DNA from: a virus
Strand: one strand, 5' to 3'
DNA: 64,000 nt
Virus record (IMG/VR): IMGVR_UViG_3300000976_000009
Location: 237,151 to 301,150 of that record
Shown: in pieces, positions 1 through 10,096 of the stretch
Layout: every line of letters starts with the position of its first letter
Position numbering within the stretch: position 1 is the stretch's first letter
Notes under the pieces: generated by a model
Told to the model about the DNA's origin: nothing
The model's input: the letters and a program-made list of their open reading frames with translations, nothing else
The model's database searches: none
Made by a program: the position numbers and the translations under genes

Positions 1-6
1 TCAAAA

Positions 7-579
7 ATGCTTGGTGAGGACACACCACAACTTGAACGCTTGATTTCTCGTGGTGCTTGCATTTCTTGGTCACCAAAGAACCTAGCAAGTTCTTTATTAA
101 TGTGGTCAATTAAATGGATGGTTGAGAACACACAATATAGATTGTTCACAGCATATTCAGACCCAACAGCAAGAGAGATAGGTACGATTTATCAAGCCTG
201 TAACTTTTACTACTTAGGTCAAAAGTCGGGAACAACTAAACGATACATCAACCCATATACTGGTAAGATGGTATCTGATAGATATTTCAGACAAAAGACT
301 GCATATAGAAAATACGCAAAGGAGTTAGGAATTGAATGGCAAAAAGATTGGCACCACCCAACAGGTATGTGTTGGCATAATATACCCGATGAAATAGAGG
401 CTGTGCTTAGAGCATTTTCTAAACAAAAGCAAGTAGAGTCAAAGGTATTTCATTTTCCTCAGAAACATAAGTATGCTTATATTCTGGGTAGAGATAAACG
501 GGAAACGAAACAACTAAAGAAGGTGTTCGAAAATAAAATAAAAACATATCCTTATCCAAAGGATAGAAATAAAGATTAA
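7..579 (+). CDS. Mom-like adenine-modification (GNAT-fold) protein, probably 5'-truncated by window edge
   Basis: Motifs LERL..R and AYSDP..EIGTIYQACNFYYLG resemble the YxDP..G.IYQA.N(W/F).Y.G signature of phage Mom-like proteins. Confidence 0.6.
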   Translation: MLGEDTPQLERLISRGACISWSPKNLASSLLMWSIKWMVENTQYRLFTAYSDPTAREIGTIYQACNFYYLGQKSGTTKRYINPYTGKMVSDRYFRQKTAYRKYAKELGIEWQKDWHHPTGMCWHNIPDEIEAVLRAFSKQKQVESKVFHFPQKHKYAYILGRDKRETKQLKKVFENKIKTYPYPKDRNKD

Positions 580-580
580 A

Positions 581-862
581 ATGAGAAATATATTATTACT
601 ATTAGGAGCATTATTACTGTTAACTGGGTGTGCAGATGTATCACACGTTCAAGAATGTTTACCAGAGGCAGAACACACTTATGGGTTCTGGGGTGGAACA
701 TGGCACGGTATGATTACGTTCCTATCATTTATAGGTAGTATAATCTGGGATGATGTCGCAGTATATGCAGTAAATAATAATGGTGGTTGGTATAATTTCG
801 GATTCGTTGGTGGATTATTTTTTATATTAAAAATCATTGGATTATTGTTGAAAAATGATTAA
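581..862 (+). CDS. Small membrane lipoprotein
   Basis: Lipobox LLLTGC; GFWGGTWHG and NNGGWYNFGF motifs; hydrophobic helices. Confidence 0.7.
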   Translation: MRNILLLLGALLLLTGCADVSHVQECLPEAEHTYGFWGGTWHGMITFLSFIGSIIWDDVAVYAVNNNGGWYNFGFVGGLFFILKIIGLLLKND

Positions 863-1595
863 GATGAAGAAGATTACAATATTTAGTGGTGCTGGAATCA
901 GCGAAGAAAGTGGGGTACCAACATTTCGTTCTGGTGAAACAGCATTATGGGCTGGAGTTCCTGTTGGAGATGTGGCAACACCAGCTGGTTGGAAGAAGGA
1001 CCGTGAGAATGTGCTGGACTTCTATAATGCACGTAGAAAACAATTAACAGAGGTTACACCAAATGCAGCACATGAAGCATTAGCTAAACTTGAAGAAAAA
1101 TATGATGTAACAATAGTTACTCAAAATGTTGATGATTTACATGAGAGAGGTGGCTCAACTAATGTATTACACTTACATGGTGAATTGACCAAAGCTAGGG
1201 GTTGTATGTATGACCATAAGACTTCACCAGTAGATAATGTATATGATATTGGATATAATGATATCAATATTGGTGATAAGTGTAATGTGAGTGGTTCACA
1301 GTTACGACCACACATTGTGTGGTTTGGTGAAATGCCATTTAATGTTGAAGAGTCAATGCTTGCAATTGAAGAAGCAGATATCATAATGATAATTGGAACA
1401 AGCTTACAAATTGGATATACAATACCACTACTTGGTAATGGGGCACATAGTGCTGATGAGGTTTATTATATTGACCCAAAACCAGCAAATTATTTGGATG
1501 CGTATAGCTTGCCAATAACATATATTAAAAATAAAGCTGTTGAGGGTGTTACTGATTTGGTTAATATCTTAATGGCTAGAAACAACGAAAAATAA
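855..1595 (+). CDS. cobB: Sir2/CobB-family NAD-dependent deacylase
   Basis: GAGISEESGVPTFR, TQNVDDLHERGG, HLHG, RPHIVWFGE and IGTSL motifs. Confidence 0.93.
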   Translation: MIKMKKITIFSGAGISEESGVPTFRSGETALWAGVPVGDVATPAGWKKDRENVLDFYNARRKQLTEVTPNAAHEALAKLEEKYDVTIVTQNVDDLHERGGSTNVLHLHGELTKARGCMYDHKTSPVDNVYDIGYNDINIGDKCNVSGSQLRPHIVWFGEMPFNVEESMLAIEEADIIMIIGTSLQIGYTIPLLGNGAHSADEVYYIDPKPANYLDAYSLPITYIKNKAVEGVTDLVNILMARNNEK

Positions 1596-1603
1596 AGTAT
1601 AGT

Positions 1604-1957
1604 ATGAGTGTAATTAAATTTGAATTAACAGAGCAACATATTGCTTTAGCTAAGAATTTAAACTTTGAACTTTTGTTCTCATTAGCACAAGATAATAAAT
1701 TTGAAGAAGGTAACCTATTTGGTTATTCAGATGATACATTTGATGATGTTGGCTTAATTATTTATGGGATGCCAGATGGTGAATTTGACCCACTTGGTTC
1801 AGATGTTATTAGTTATACCGAAAACCAAAAGAATGAAATGGGTAGATTAATAGGAGAACTACCAATAGCAATGCAGATAATGATGCAAACTGGCACATTT
1901 GTAACTGGTAAGTATAAAACAAAACATCATGATATTAATTGGAAAAAAGTTGGATAA
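1604..1957 (+). CDS. Hypothetical protein
   Basis: ORF in tight operon packing. Confidence 0.7.
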   Translation: MSVIKFELTEQHIALAKNLNFELLFSLAQDNKFEEGNLFGYSDDTFDDVGLIIYGMPDGEFDPLGSDVISYTENQKNEMGRLIGELPIAMQIMMQTGTFVTGKYKTKHHDINWKKVG

Positions 1958-2265
1958 TGTTTAAATTTGATAAAAGAGAAGATAATGATTATAGGGCACA
2001 TTTTGCTAATGACATATTAGAAATGGTTTATATAAAATATAATGGTAATTTAGATTTAGCCTTAAATGAGGTTGAAAAATTTGATGCATATTTAGATTCT
2101 CATGTGAGGAATATTTATGAAACAATAGATAGTCAAATACCGTTAATTGCATATTTAAATTTGAAAAAAGATGGTGCTGATAATTGGGGGTTTACTAATG
2201 ACGAATATCAAGCTGCAATAGATAGAACTATTAATGCTTGTCATGAATATTATAAAAAAGAATAA
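1957..2265 (+). CDS. Hypothetical protein
   Basis: ATG overlapping upstream stop (TAATG). Confidence 0.65.
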   Translation: MFKFDKREDNDYRAHFANDILEMVYIKYNGNLDLALNEVEKFDAYLDSHVRNIYETIDSQIPLIAYLNLKKDGADNWGFTNDEYQAAIDRTINACHEYYKKE

Positions 2266-2266
2266 T

Positions 2267-2728
2267 ATGGAAATTAAATATACAAAGGATGGTGTAATTT
2301 TTAATAATGAATTTATTTCATTAGCGGAAATTATAAAAAATGTTAATGCAGTAGAAATAAATGATGATAAGTTAGCTATGATGACTATGACTTGGGGATA
2401 TAGTCGTAATTTTGATGGGGTTTGTGAAACAATTGTATTACCAATTAATCGATTAAATAATATTAAAGAAATTATTAGTGGTAAAATGATTTATTTTGGT
2501 GAAATAAATGGTAAACATTCTGATATTCATGGTGTATTAGAGGAAAATGAAATCAAAATAAGTACAAATAAAAATGAAATTAATAAATTTTTAACCACTA
2601 ACCCTTCTGGTCATAATTATGACCATTCATTTTTAGATACTTTTTATAATTATTTACTTGATGGACAATATGATATTTCTGATGAAGACATTAAAAAATT
2701 TAAAATAAATTATTGTGGAATGGATTAG
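2267..2728 (+). CDS. Hypothetical protein
   Basis: ORF; start taken at MEIKY just after upstream stop. Confidence 0.65.
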   Translation: MEIKYTKDGVIFNNEFISLAEIIKNVNAVEINDDKLAMMTMTWGYSRNFDGVCETIVLPINRLNNIKEIISGKMIYFGEINGKHSDIHGVLEENEIKISTNKNEINKFLTTNPSGHNYDHSFLDTFYNYLLDGQYDISDEDIKKFKINYCGMD

Positions 2729-2933
2729 TGTTGAAAATAGATTACCAGAGAAAGATGGTAATTCTAGTATATATTGCATAGTATATGACACATATGATGG
2801 TGTAGTAGTTAGACCGTATAATGAATATCATAAATGTTGGGATTTAGAAGATGGTGATGATTATCACTGTGATGCAATTGGTGGGAAGATAACCCATTGG
2901 ATGCCAATACCAGATGAACCTAAAAAAGAATAA
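2715..2933 (+). CDS. DUF551-like phage protein
   Basis: MEWISVENRLPE...ITHWMPIP signature. Confidence 0.8.
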   Translation: MEWISVENRLPEKDGNSSIYCIVYDTYDGVVVRPYNEYHKCWDLEDGDDYHCDAIGGKITHWMPIPDEPKKE

Positions 2934-3113
2934 TATGGGGATGGATTTAGACGCAGTATTTTCAAAAACTGCATTGGATAATATCAGAGAAATGATAAGT
3001 AAAACACCACATGGTGAACGTGAAAAAATTGCTGATGATATAATTGCATTTGAAAAAATGTTATGTGAGAAATATAACTTCAAATCAGCATTTAAAGAAA
3101 ATAAATCAGAAAG

Positions 3114-3145
3114 TTAGGTTAATAGATTAATTATTTGTATATTTG
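3114..3145 (+). promoter_or_regulatory. Bacteroidetes primary-sigma promoter
   Basis: TTAG-N20-TATATTTG upstream of prs. Confidence 0.7.
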
Positions 3146-3162
3146 TACCAAATAATTTACAT

Positions 3163-4179
3163 ATGGATTCAATTATATTTTCAGTAGACGGTAGAGAAGA
3201 CTTATTAGAAAATATTTCTAAAGAGTTATGGGACTTAACACAACACGATAGTCATAAAGTAGAAATTGGTGTAACTAATGCCCAGAAATTCTCAGATGGT
3301 GAAGTTTGTGTAGATTTTAACGATAGTGTTAGGGGTAAAAGGGTTTATCTTTTATGTTCACCTAATGATTCAGATAAAATATTACAACTTAATTTCGCAA
3401 TAGATGCAGCAAAAAGGGCAGCAGCTAAAGAAATTATTCCAATTATACCTTATTTTCCTTATGCAAGGCAAGATAAGAAAGACCAAACTCGTGGTCCAAT
3501 TGGTGCAAAGGTTATGGCTGAAATGCTTGAGAACCGTGGTGCAACCCAAGTGATTACATTTGACCTTCATGCAGACCAAATTCAAGGTTTTTTCAATATT
3601 CCAGTAACACATATGGAAGGTAAATATGTTTTTGATGAATATATTAAGAAAGTTTGTGTTAATGATGGTGATGTAATTTTATGTTCACCAGATGCTGGTG
3701 CAGCAAAAAGAACTTCCCATTACGTAAAACGTATGAAAAAGTACGATATTGAATTAGATATGGTATTAATTAATAAAACTAGAGTTGAAGCAAATAAAGT
3801 TGACTCTATGGTATTGATTGGTGATGTTAAAGGTAAGAATGTCATTATTATAGATGATATGTGTGATACAGGTGGTACATTATGTAAGGCTGCTGAGTAT
3901 TTGATAGAAGAAGGTGCTAAAACTGTAAGAGCAGTAGTAACACATGGCGTATTAAGTGGTCCAGCATTTGAAAGAATAGCTAATTCAAAACTACATAATT
4001 TTGTATGTTCAGATACATTACCAATTCCAAAGATGGTTCAACTTGATAGAAATGGTGGTAGATATATGGTTGATACTGAGGAAGTAGTATATGTAATTGG
4101 TTGTGCTAAACAAGTAGCTAAAGCAATTACTGCAATAAATAACGATATTAGTGTTGAAGAACTTAAACTTAGAAATTAA
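3163..4179 (+). CDS. prs: Ribose-phosphate pyrophosphokinase (Prs family)
   Basis: KFSDGE, PYFPYARQDK, DLHADQIQGFF, SPDAG, IIDDMCDTGGTL and VTHGVLSG motifs. Confidence 0.95.
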   Translation: MDSIIFSVDGREDLLENISKELWDLTQHDSHKVEIGVTNAQKFSDGEVCVDFNDSVRGKRVYLLCSPNDSDKILQLNFAIDAAKRAAAKEIIPIIPYFPYARQDKKDQTRGPIGAKVMAEMLENRGATQVITFDLHADQIQGFFNIPVTHMEGKYVFDEYIKKVCVNDGDVILCSPDAGAAKRTSHYVKRMKKYDIELDMVLINKTRVEANKVDSMVLIGDVKGKNVIIIDDMCDTGGTLCKAAEYLIEEGAKTVRAVVTHGVLSGPAFERIANSKLHNFVCSDTLPIPKMVQLDRNGGRYMVDTEEVVYVIGCAKQVAKAITAINNDISVEELKLRN

Positions 4180-4658
4180 TGGAAATTGAAAACAAAATTA
4201 CTGACCCATTTATTAGTGACTATAAAGCAATTGAGCGTTTAGTTATGGATTATATGAAACATGGTAAATTAATAATTGCATATGATTATGATAGTACCGT
4301 ATTTGACTTCCATAAGAAAGGTCACACATTTGATTTGGTTATGAAATTGTTGAGAGAATGTAGAGATTATGCACAATTTATTGTTTATACACATTCTAAT
4401 GATGATAGGCATGGTGAAATAATTGAATATCTTGATGAGCATAACTTACCTTGGGATACCATTAATGAAGGTATTGTTTGGGCTAATGGAAAAGCAGAGG
4501 GTAAATTATTTTACAGCCACTTTCTAGATGATAGAGCTGGATTAAGAAGTGCTTATATTATTTTAGATAAAGCACTTGATATTATTAAACGTAACCCTAA
4601 TAATATTGAAGAAGCTTGTAAGTTGTTAAAAGAAAGAGGTATTACTTGTGGGGGTTGA
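4179..4658 (+). CDS. HAD-superfamily phosphatase-like protein
   Basis: DYDSTV motif I and LDDRAG motif IV. Confidence 0.7.
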   Translation: MEIENKITDPFISDYKAIERLVMDYMKHGKLIIAYDYDSTVFDFHKKGHTFDLVMKLLRECRDYAQFIVYTHSNDDRHGEIIEYLDEHNLPWDTINEGIVWANGKAEGKLFYSHFLDDRAGLRSAYIILDKALDIIKRNPNNIEEACKLLKERGITCGG

Positions 4659-4896
4659 TTTAAGAATATGTGAAAAAGGTGATATCCTAATAACAGTACA
4701 TGGACTTATGTTAAAGTATGTTGGACCATTACCAGAGGAAAATTATTTTGACCACGAAGTGGAGTACCCAGAGGAAAATGTTGGTTATGGTACTCGTACA
4801 CATGAAGGTTATGTTTTTAGGAAAAAAAGATTACCAGAAGACCAAGATATAGCTAAAATTATTAAGAAAAAAGATTGGAAAAAAATATTTGAATAA
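4648..4896 (+). CDS. Hypothetical protein
   Basis: ORF bridging adjacent genes. Confidence 0.6.
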   Translation: MGVDLRICEKGDILITVHGLMLKYVGPLPEENYFDHEVEYPEENVGYGTRTHEGYVFRKKRLPEDQDIAKIIKKKDWKKIFE

Positions 4897-5693
4897 TGAA
4901 AAGTTTAGGTGATAGAATGAAACACTACGAGGCGTGCTACAGTACAATGATTCCCCCTCGTACATATACAGTAGTTAGGGTAGATGGTAGAGGCTTCTCT
5001 AAGTTCACTAAGAAAATGGATAAACCATTTGATGACCAATTCTCAGAGGCAATGAATTTCGCTGCAATTGAGATGTGTAAAAAGTTTAACCCAGCATTTG
5101 CATATACACAGTCAGATGAAATTACACTTGTCTTTACCGATTTCGGTGAGAATGAAGAAGCTATGTTTAAAGGTAAGGTTCAAAAGATTTGTTCTTTGAC
5201 TGCGGCTAGAGTAACAGCATCTTTCAATAAGAAGATGTTGATGATTGATGCAGCTAGAATGATTACGTTTCCAGAATTTGATATTGCTGAATTTGGGATG
5301 GGCATTGAAAGTGGTGAATTAATTTATGATGTTGAATTTGATTCAAGGGTGTATGTGATTCCAGCGATTAAGGAAGTTGCGAACTGTTTAGTTTGGAGAC
5401 AACAAGATGCAAGACGTAATTCTGTTAGTATGGCTGCTGATGCATTATACTCTCACAATGAGTTAACGGGTAAGTCTTCTAGTGACAAGCAAGAGATGAT
5501 GTTCGATAAGGGTGTAAACTGGAATGACTATGCTGTGAAATACAAGCGTGGGGTTGTCATTAAGAAGGTTGAATTAGAAGGACCACATGGGGCACTTAGG
5601 AAGAGATGGGAAGTTGATAATGAAACACCGATATTTACACAAGATTGGAAATATCTATATGATTTAATACCTAGTATTTGTGATGAATTTTAA
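4896..5693 (+). CDS. thg1: tRNA-His guanylyltransferase / Thg1-like 3'-5' polymerase
   Basis: RMKHYE, VRVDGRGFSKFT, YTQSDEI, FDSRV, WRQQDARRNS and GVNWND motifs. Confidence 0.93.
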   Translation: MKSLGDRMKHYEACYSTMIPPRTYTVVRVDGRGFSKFTKKMDKPFDDQFSEAMNFAAIEMCKKFNPAFAYTQSDEITLVFTDFGENEEAMFKGKVQKICSLTAARVTASFNKKMLMIDAARMITFPEFDIAEFGMGIESGELIYDVEFDSRVYVIPAIKEVANCLVWRQQDARRNSVSMAADALYSHNELTGKSSSDKQEMMFDKGVNWNDYAVKYKRGVVIKKVELEGPHGALRKRWEVDNETPIFTQDWKYLYDLIPSICDEF

Positions 5694-5695
5694 AG

Positions 5696-5732
5696 AAAAA
5701 TGCCAATTTACCTTGTGAGTTGGCATTTTTTT
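5696..5732 (+). terminator. Intrinsic terminator
   Basis: AAAAATGCCAATTTAC/GTGAGTTGGCATTTTT hairpin with T tract. Confidence 0.8.
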
Positions 5733-5774
5733 GTATAAGTTTGCCGTATCATAATAAAGACCAAAATAAACCAA

Positions 5775-7361
5775 ATGAAGTTTAAAAAATTAACTGATGC
5801 ACAAAAGCAAAGGATAACTGAAATTTATACTAGTAAGGAAATCTCTTGGGATGATAAAGAGAAAACATTAGCCAAGTATATTGGTAAATCAACAAGAACT
5901 GCTAGAAAATGGTGTGCCGATTTAGGGTTAACAAAGCCATCGGAATCAGATTCACCTCAATATGAAGCTGCTAAGCTAAAAGAAATTGACAAGAACAGGA
6001 AAGTCTATTTAATTACCTCAGCCCAATCTAATACTGGAATTAACACTAAAATGTTAGATAGTATGGAATTATATGCTAAAGAGCATAATGCTGAAATCTT
6101 AATTATTCCATTAAAATATACTGTTGATATGAGTTGGGTTAAGAGTCATACGTGGGCTAAACGAACAATACCATATCTTAATGCAAGTAATCATGATTTA
6201 TGTGATACACTAACTTATCGTGGAGATGTTAAAATTTTACCAACAGTAAAATGGCCTCTATCAGCAAAAGCATCATTAAGTGGGTTAAATTCAGCAATAT
6301 ATGGGTCAGCAAAGATTCATCAAGAATCACAACCAACATTACAGGGGGATGCATCTAAGATATTAGCCACTACTGGGTCATTAACTAAACCAAATTATAC
6401 TGATACTAATGCTGGTAAACATGGTGAACATTATCATCAATATGGTTTTGTTGTTGTCGAAATTCAAGATGATAAGATTTTTCACTTAAGACAAGTTGAA
6501 GTAAATAAAAATGGTTCATTTGATGATTTATTCTATCATGTTGAAAAAGGTGAGATAAGTAGGAATACTGAAATTGAGGGAATTGTTTTAGGTGATGTTC
6601 ACTTTGCAACGGTTGATGAAGTTGCTTTAGACACTACTTTTGATTTAATGACTAAGTTAAAACCTAAGCACGTTATTTTAGAGGATGTGTTTGATGGTGA
6701 GTCGATTAATCCACACAATTTAGATGACCCATTCCATCAAGCTAAATTAGAATATCAAGGGAAGAATGATTTACAAGCTGAGCTGGATGATATGATGGAT
6801 AAACTTGGGCGATTTGATAAGTTTGATAATGTAGTTATCGTTAGGAGTAACCATGATATATTTTTAGAGAGATTTTTAAAACGTGATTGGCGTAAGTTAC
6901 CTACAATGAAAAATGGTTTACCATATATGGAGTTAGGTGCGATGATGTTAAGAGCGTATAAGAGTGGTAAAGAATTTAAAGGGGTAATACCAACCCTAAT
7001 TAAAAATAGGTATCCTAAGTATCATGCTTTGGGATATGATGAATTATATTATATTAAGCATTTCGCAGTATTTAATCATGGTGAAAAAGGTTCAAATGGT
7101 TCTAGAGGTGGTGGAGCCAAAAATTGGAGTAAATTTACTAGTGGTGTTGATGGTCATAAAGAAAGAGGTATTATAACTGCACATACACATACACCATCAA
7201 GATATGGTAATTCGATTTGTGTTGGTCATATTTTATTACCTCAAGACTATACAATTGGTTCACCTTCTAGCTGGATGCAAAGTAATGCTATAGTACATAA
7301 GAGCGGTAAAGCTCAACAAATTCATATTATTGATGGTAAACATTATACAACTTTTAAATAA
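5775..7361 (+). CDS. Calcineurin-like metallophosphoesterase with N-terminal HTH-like region
   Basis: GDVHF, EDVFDG, SNHD, NHG and AHTH metal-binding motifs; N-terminal LAKYIGKSTRTARKW is HTH-like. Confidence 0.75.
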   Translation: MKFKKLTDAQKQRITEIYTSKEISWDDKEKTLAKYIGKSTRTARKWCADLGLTKPSESDSPQYEAAKLKEIDKNRKVYLITSAQSNTGINTKMLDSMELYAKEHNAEILIIPLKYTVDMSWVKSHTWAKRTIPYLNASNHDLCDTLTYRGDVKILPTVKWPLSAKASLSGLNSAIYGSAKIHQESQPTLQGDASKILATTGSLTKPNYTDTNAGKHGEHYHQYGFVVVEIQDDKIFHLRQVEVNKNGSFDDLFYHVEKGEISRNTEIEGIVLGDVHFATVDEVALDTTFDLMTKLKPKHVILEDVFDGESINPHNLDDPFHQAKLEYQGKNDLQAELDDMMDKLGRFDKFDNVVIVRSNHDIFLERFLKRDWRKLPTMKNGLPYMELGAMMLRAYKSGKEFKGVIPTLIKNRYPKYHALGYDELYYIKHFAVFNHGEKGSNGSRGGGAKNWSKFTSGVDGHKERGIITAHTHTPSRYGNSICVGHILLPQDYTIGSPSSWMQSNAIVHKSGKAQQIHIIDGKHYTTFK

Positions 7362-7368
7362 ATAAAAA

Positions 7369-7677
7369 ATGAAATACATATACTTTGAACTAAATAAAAT
7401 TAATGGTTATAACGAAACAGAAATAACTATTGAAAATCCTAATATCTTAATGATAGAACCTAATACTAATTCAGATGGTTTTTGGGGGTTTACAAATATA
7501 ACAGAAAGACATGGTTTCCCAACTGAATCAAGTGTTATTGTTAACCAAAATTGGGTAAATTTAGATAAATATGATTTGAATAAATACACAAATCCAAAGC
7601 ATCCGTTTTATAAATTGGATAAACACATAAAAGAATGTATTGAAATTCTTAAAACAAAATTAGAAACAAGTGAGTAA
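7369..7677 (+). CDS. Hypothetical protein
   Basis: ORF with A-rich leader. Confidence 0.65.
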   Translation: MKYIYFELNKINGYNETEITIENPNILMIEPNTNSDGFWGFTNITERHGFPTESSVIVNQNWVNLDKYDLNKYTNPKHPFYKLDKHIKECIEILKTKLETSE

Positions 7678-8344
7678 ATTAGTTTTATGTATAGACTTTG
7701 ATGGGACATGCACTACGCATGAGTATCCAAGAGTCGGTAGAGAAATAGGGGCAGCTCCAGTTTTAAAAAGATTGGTTGAAGCTGGACACAAATTAGTCTT
7801 ATTTACTATGAGGTCTGGTAAAGAACAGAATGATGCAGAAAAATGGTTTGCATCACATGGTTTACCATTATATGGTTCTAACACAAATCCGACCCAAAAA
7901 CATTGGACTGCTTCACCAAAGGCTTATGGTCAAATTTATATTGATGATGCAGCATTAGGTTGTCCATTAATTATAAATGGTAAAGATAGACCATATGTTG
8001 ATTGGATTAAAGTTGAAAAACAGTTAGAGGAAAGAGGTGTTTTAGAAACTAATAACCCTATTGATGTTAATACCTTCAAACAAATTTTTTATGATGCAAC
8101 ACTTGATTTAATGAATGGGGAGGAAGCAGTTAATGTTGAAATATCAACTACTGATGGTCAGACTAGAATTAACTATGTTGTTGATGCTGGAAGAAGGGGT
8201 ACAATGACTTATGACAAATCTTATGTGATAATTGATAATGGTGAAGTTAAGTGTAAAACTTGTGAACTATTAGAGGGTTGTGGGATTGAAGAAATTATTG
8301 AAGAAAAAATTAAAGAGTATATATATGGAAACGCAAGAAATTAA
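7670..8344 (+). CDS. HAD-superfamily hydrolase (BT0820-like) with C-terminal extension
   Basis: IDFDGT, LFTMRSG, SPK and YIDDAALGCP motifs. Confidence 0.8.
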   Translation: MSKLVLCIDFDGTCTTHEYPRVGREIGAAPVLKRLVEAGHKLVLFTMRSGKEQNDAEKWFASHGLPLYGSNTNPTQKHWTASPKAYGQIYIDDAALGCPLIINGKDRPYVDWIKVEKQLEERGVLETNNPIDVNTFKQIFYDATLDLMNGEEAVNVEISTTDGQTRINYVVDAGRRGTMTYDKSYVIIDNGEVKCKTCELLEGCGIEEIIEEKIKEYIYGNARN

Positions 8345-8651
8345 GCAATATCTACACGATTGGTGGAATAAAGAACATAATACTACTGACGAATTTAATG
8401 AGAGTGGTTGTTTAGAAATTTTAATTGAAGCTGGTAGGAATGAAATTGAAGTTGATAGAGACTCACATAGGTGGTGGGATGAAGTAACTAAGATAGCTCA
8501 GTTTGGTGATAAATATTTTAGATATACTTGGGCTACAGCAAACAGAGATGAGAGTGTTCAAGATTTAGGTTGGGATTTTAGTTGGTCAAGTGTTAGTGAA
8601 GTAGAACCTTATATGGAAACGGTTGTTGTCACAAAATGGAGGAATGTTTAA
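8325..8651 (+). CDS. Hypothetical protein
   Basis: ORF from METQEIK; HRWW motif. Confidence 0.65.
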   Translation: METQEIKQYLHDWWNKEHNTTDEFNESGCLEILIEAGRNEIEVDRDSHRWWDEVTKIAQFGDKYFRYTWATANRDESVQDLGWDFSWSSVSEVEPYMETVVVTKWRNV

Positions 8652-8871
8652 TATGAAAAATTTTGATAAAATACCATTAGATGCTTATGATTTAGAAGTG
8701 TTTGCAATTAAAGATTGTAAAGAATCACCGACTGGTAAACAAGCGTTTATTGGTTTTAAAATACCTAATGGTAATTTTCATTTCATTGGTGTACCATATA
8801 CTGAACCAATAAACAATAAATAAAACTGATAAAATCTTGTTAGTTTTATTTATTTATCATATCTTTGTATT

Positions 8872-9348
8872 ATGGCTATAGTAGAAACCGCTGGAATATT
8901 TTTTATCAACAATGACAATATGTTATTAGTTGGACACCCAACTGGACATGAGTATTGGTCAATACCAAAGGGTAAGTTAGAGAAAGGTGAAACCTCATAT
9001 GAGGCAGCATTAAGAGAGACTTGGGAAGAAACTAATGTCAATTTGGAGTTAGTAAATTCCCATTACGAATTGGACTGTATTCGATATAAGCATGGAAAAA
9101 AGAAGCTTAAACCATTTATTATATTTGAGTCTGAAAACCGTAGAATTGACTCTAAAGAATTTAGTTTCAAATGTAATTCATTTGTTAGTAAAGATTCCAA
9201 ATGGAATGCTGGTTTACCAGAAATGGATGATTTTAAATGGGTAAGTCTTGAGGAAGCAAAAAACATATTGCATTATACTCAAGTTCAATGCCTAGAATTT
9301 ATAACACAATTAATACAAGAAAAAGATGGCGAAACGTCACAGAGGTAA
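8872..9348 (+). CDS. Nudix hydrolase
   Basis: Nudix box GKLEKGETSYEAALRETWEETN. Confidence 0.92.
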   Translation: MAIVETAGIFFINNDNMLLVGHPTGHEYWSIPKGKLEKGETSYEAALRETWEETNVNLELVNSHYELDCIRYKHGKKKLKPFIIFESENRRIDSKEFSFKCNSFVSKDSKWNAGLPEMDDFKWVSLEEAKNILHYTQVQCLEFITQLIQEKDGETSQR

Positions 9349-9868
9349 AAAACCTATGAGGGTGGTTAAAAAAAATCCTCACCTAATTAACCGAGAAATT
9401 AAAGCACATGATGTTAAACTTGTCCGAGAAGGTCAAGAACCAAAGATTATGTCTTTAAATGAAGCATTAAAAATTGCTGATAGTGAAGAAAAAGATTTGG
9501 TCTTGATGGGACCCAAAGCTACTCCACCAGTTGTTAAGTTAATGGATTACTCTAAATACTTGTATGAATTGAGTAAGAAGAAACCACAACAAAAACCAAA
9601 GCCTATGAAGGAGATTAGGTTCACACCAAATACTGATGATAACGATTTAGAATTTAAGACTAAACATATTATTAATTTTCTTGGTAAAGGACATAAAGTT
9701 AAGGTATTTGTATTCTTTAGAGGTCGTGAAATGGCATTCAAAGATAGGGGTGAAAAACTACTTCTTAAGTTAGCACTTTCATTAGAAGAGTATGCAGTGG
9801 TTGAAAACATGCCAAAAATGGAGGGTAGAAAGATGAACATGTTTTTGAAACCTAAAACAAAAAAATAA
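9326..9868 (+). CDS. infC: Translation initiation factor IF-3
   Basis: INREI, DLV, PPVVKLMDY, KEIRF, KVKV..FRGRE and PKMEGR motifs. Confidence 0.95.
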   Translation: MAKRHRGKKPMRVVKKNPHLINREIKAHDVKLVREGQEPKIMSLNEALKIADSEEKDLVLMGPKATPPVVKLMDYSKYLYELSKKKPQQKPKPMKEIRFTPNTDDNDLEFKTKHIINFLGKGHKVKVFVFFRGREMAFKDRGEKLLLKLALSLEEYAVVENMPKMEGRKMNMFLKPKTKK

Positions 9869-10096
9869 TATTATGGATTTAATTAATGTTACAACTGTTG
9901 ATTTTTGTGGTAATGGTGATGGTATAACCGCAATTTACCTAAATGGTAAATTGCATAAATATGGTGATTATTATCATAATAAAATTAAAGAAACTGATAA
10001 CCAAGTTAGATTTCAAACTAATAATTCAGTGTATCAATTATCAATCAATGTTTTTTCAGATATTGACTAATTCAAAAATTATACATATACTTGTGT

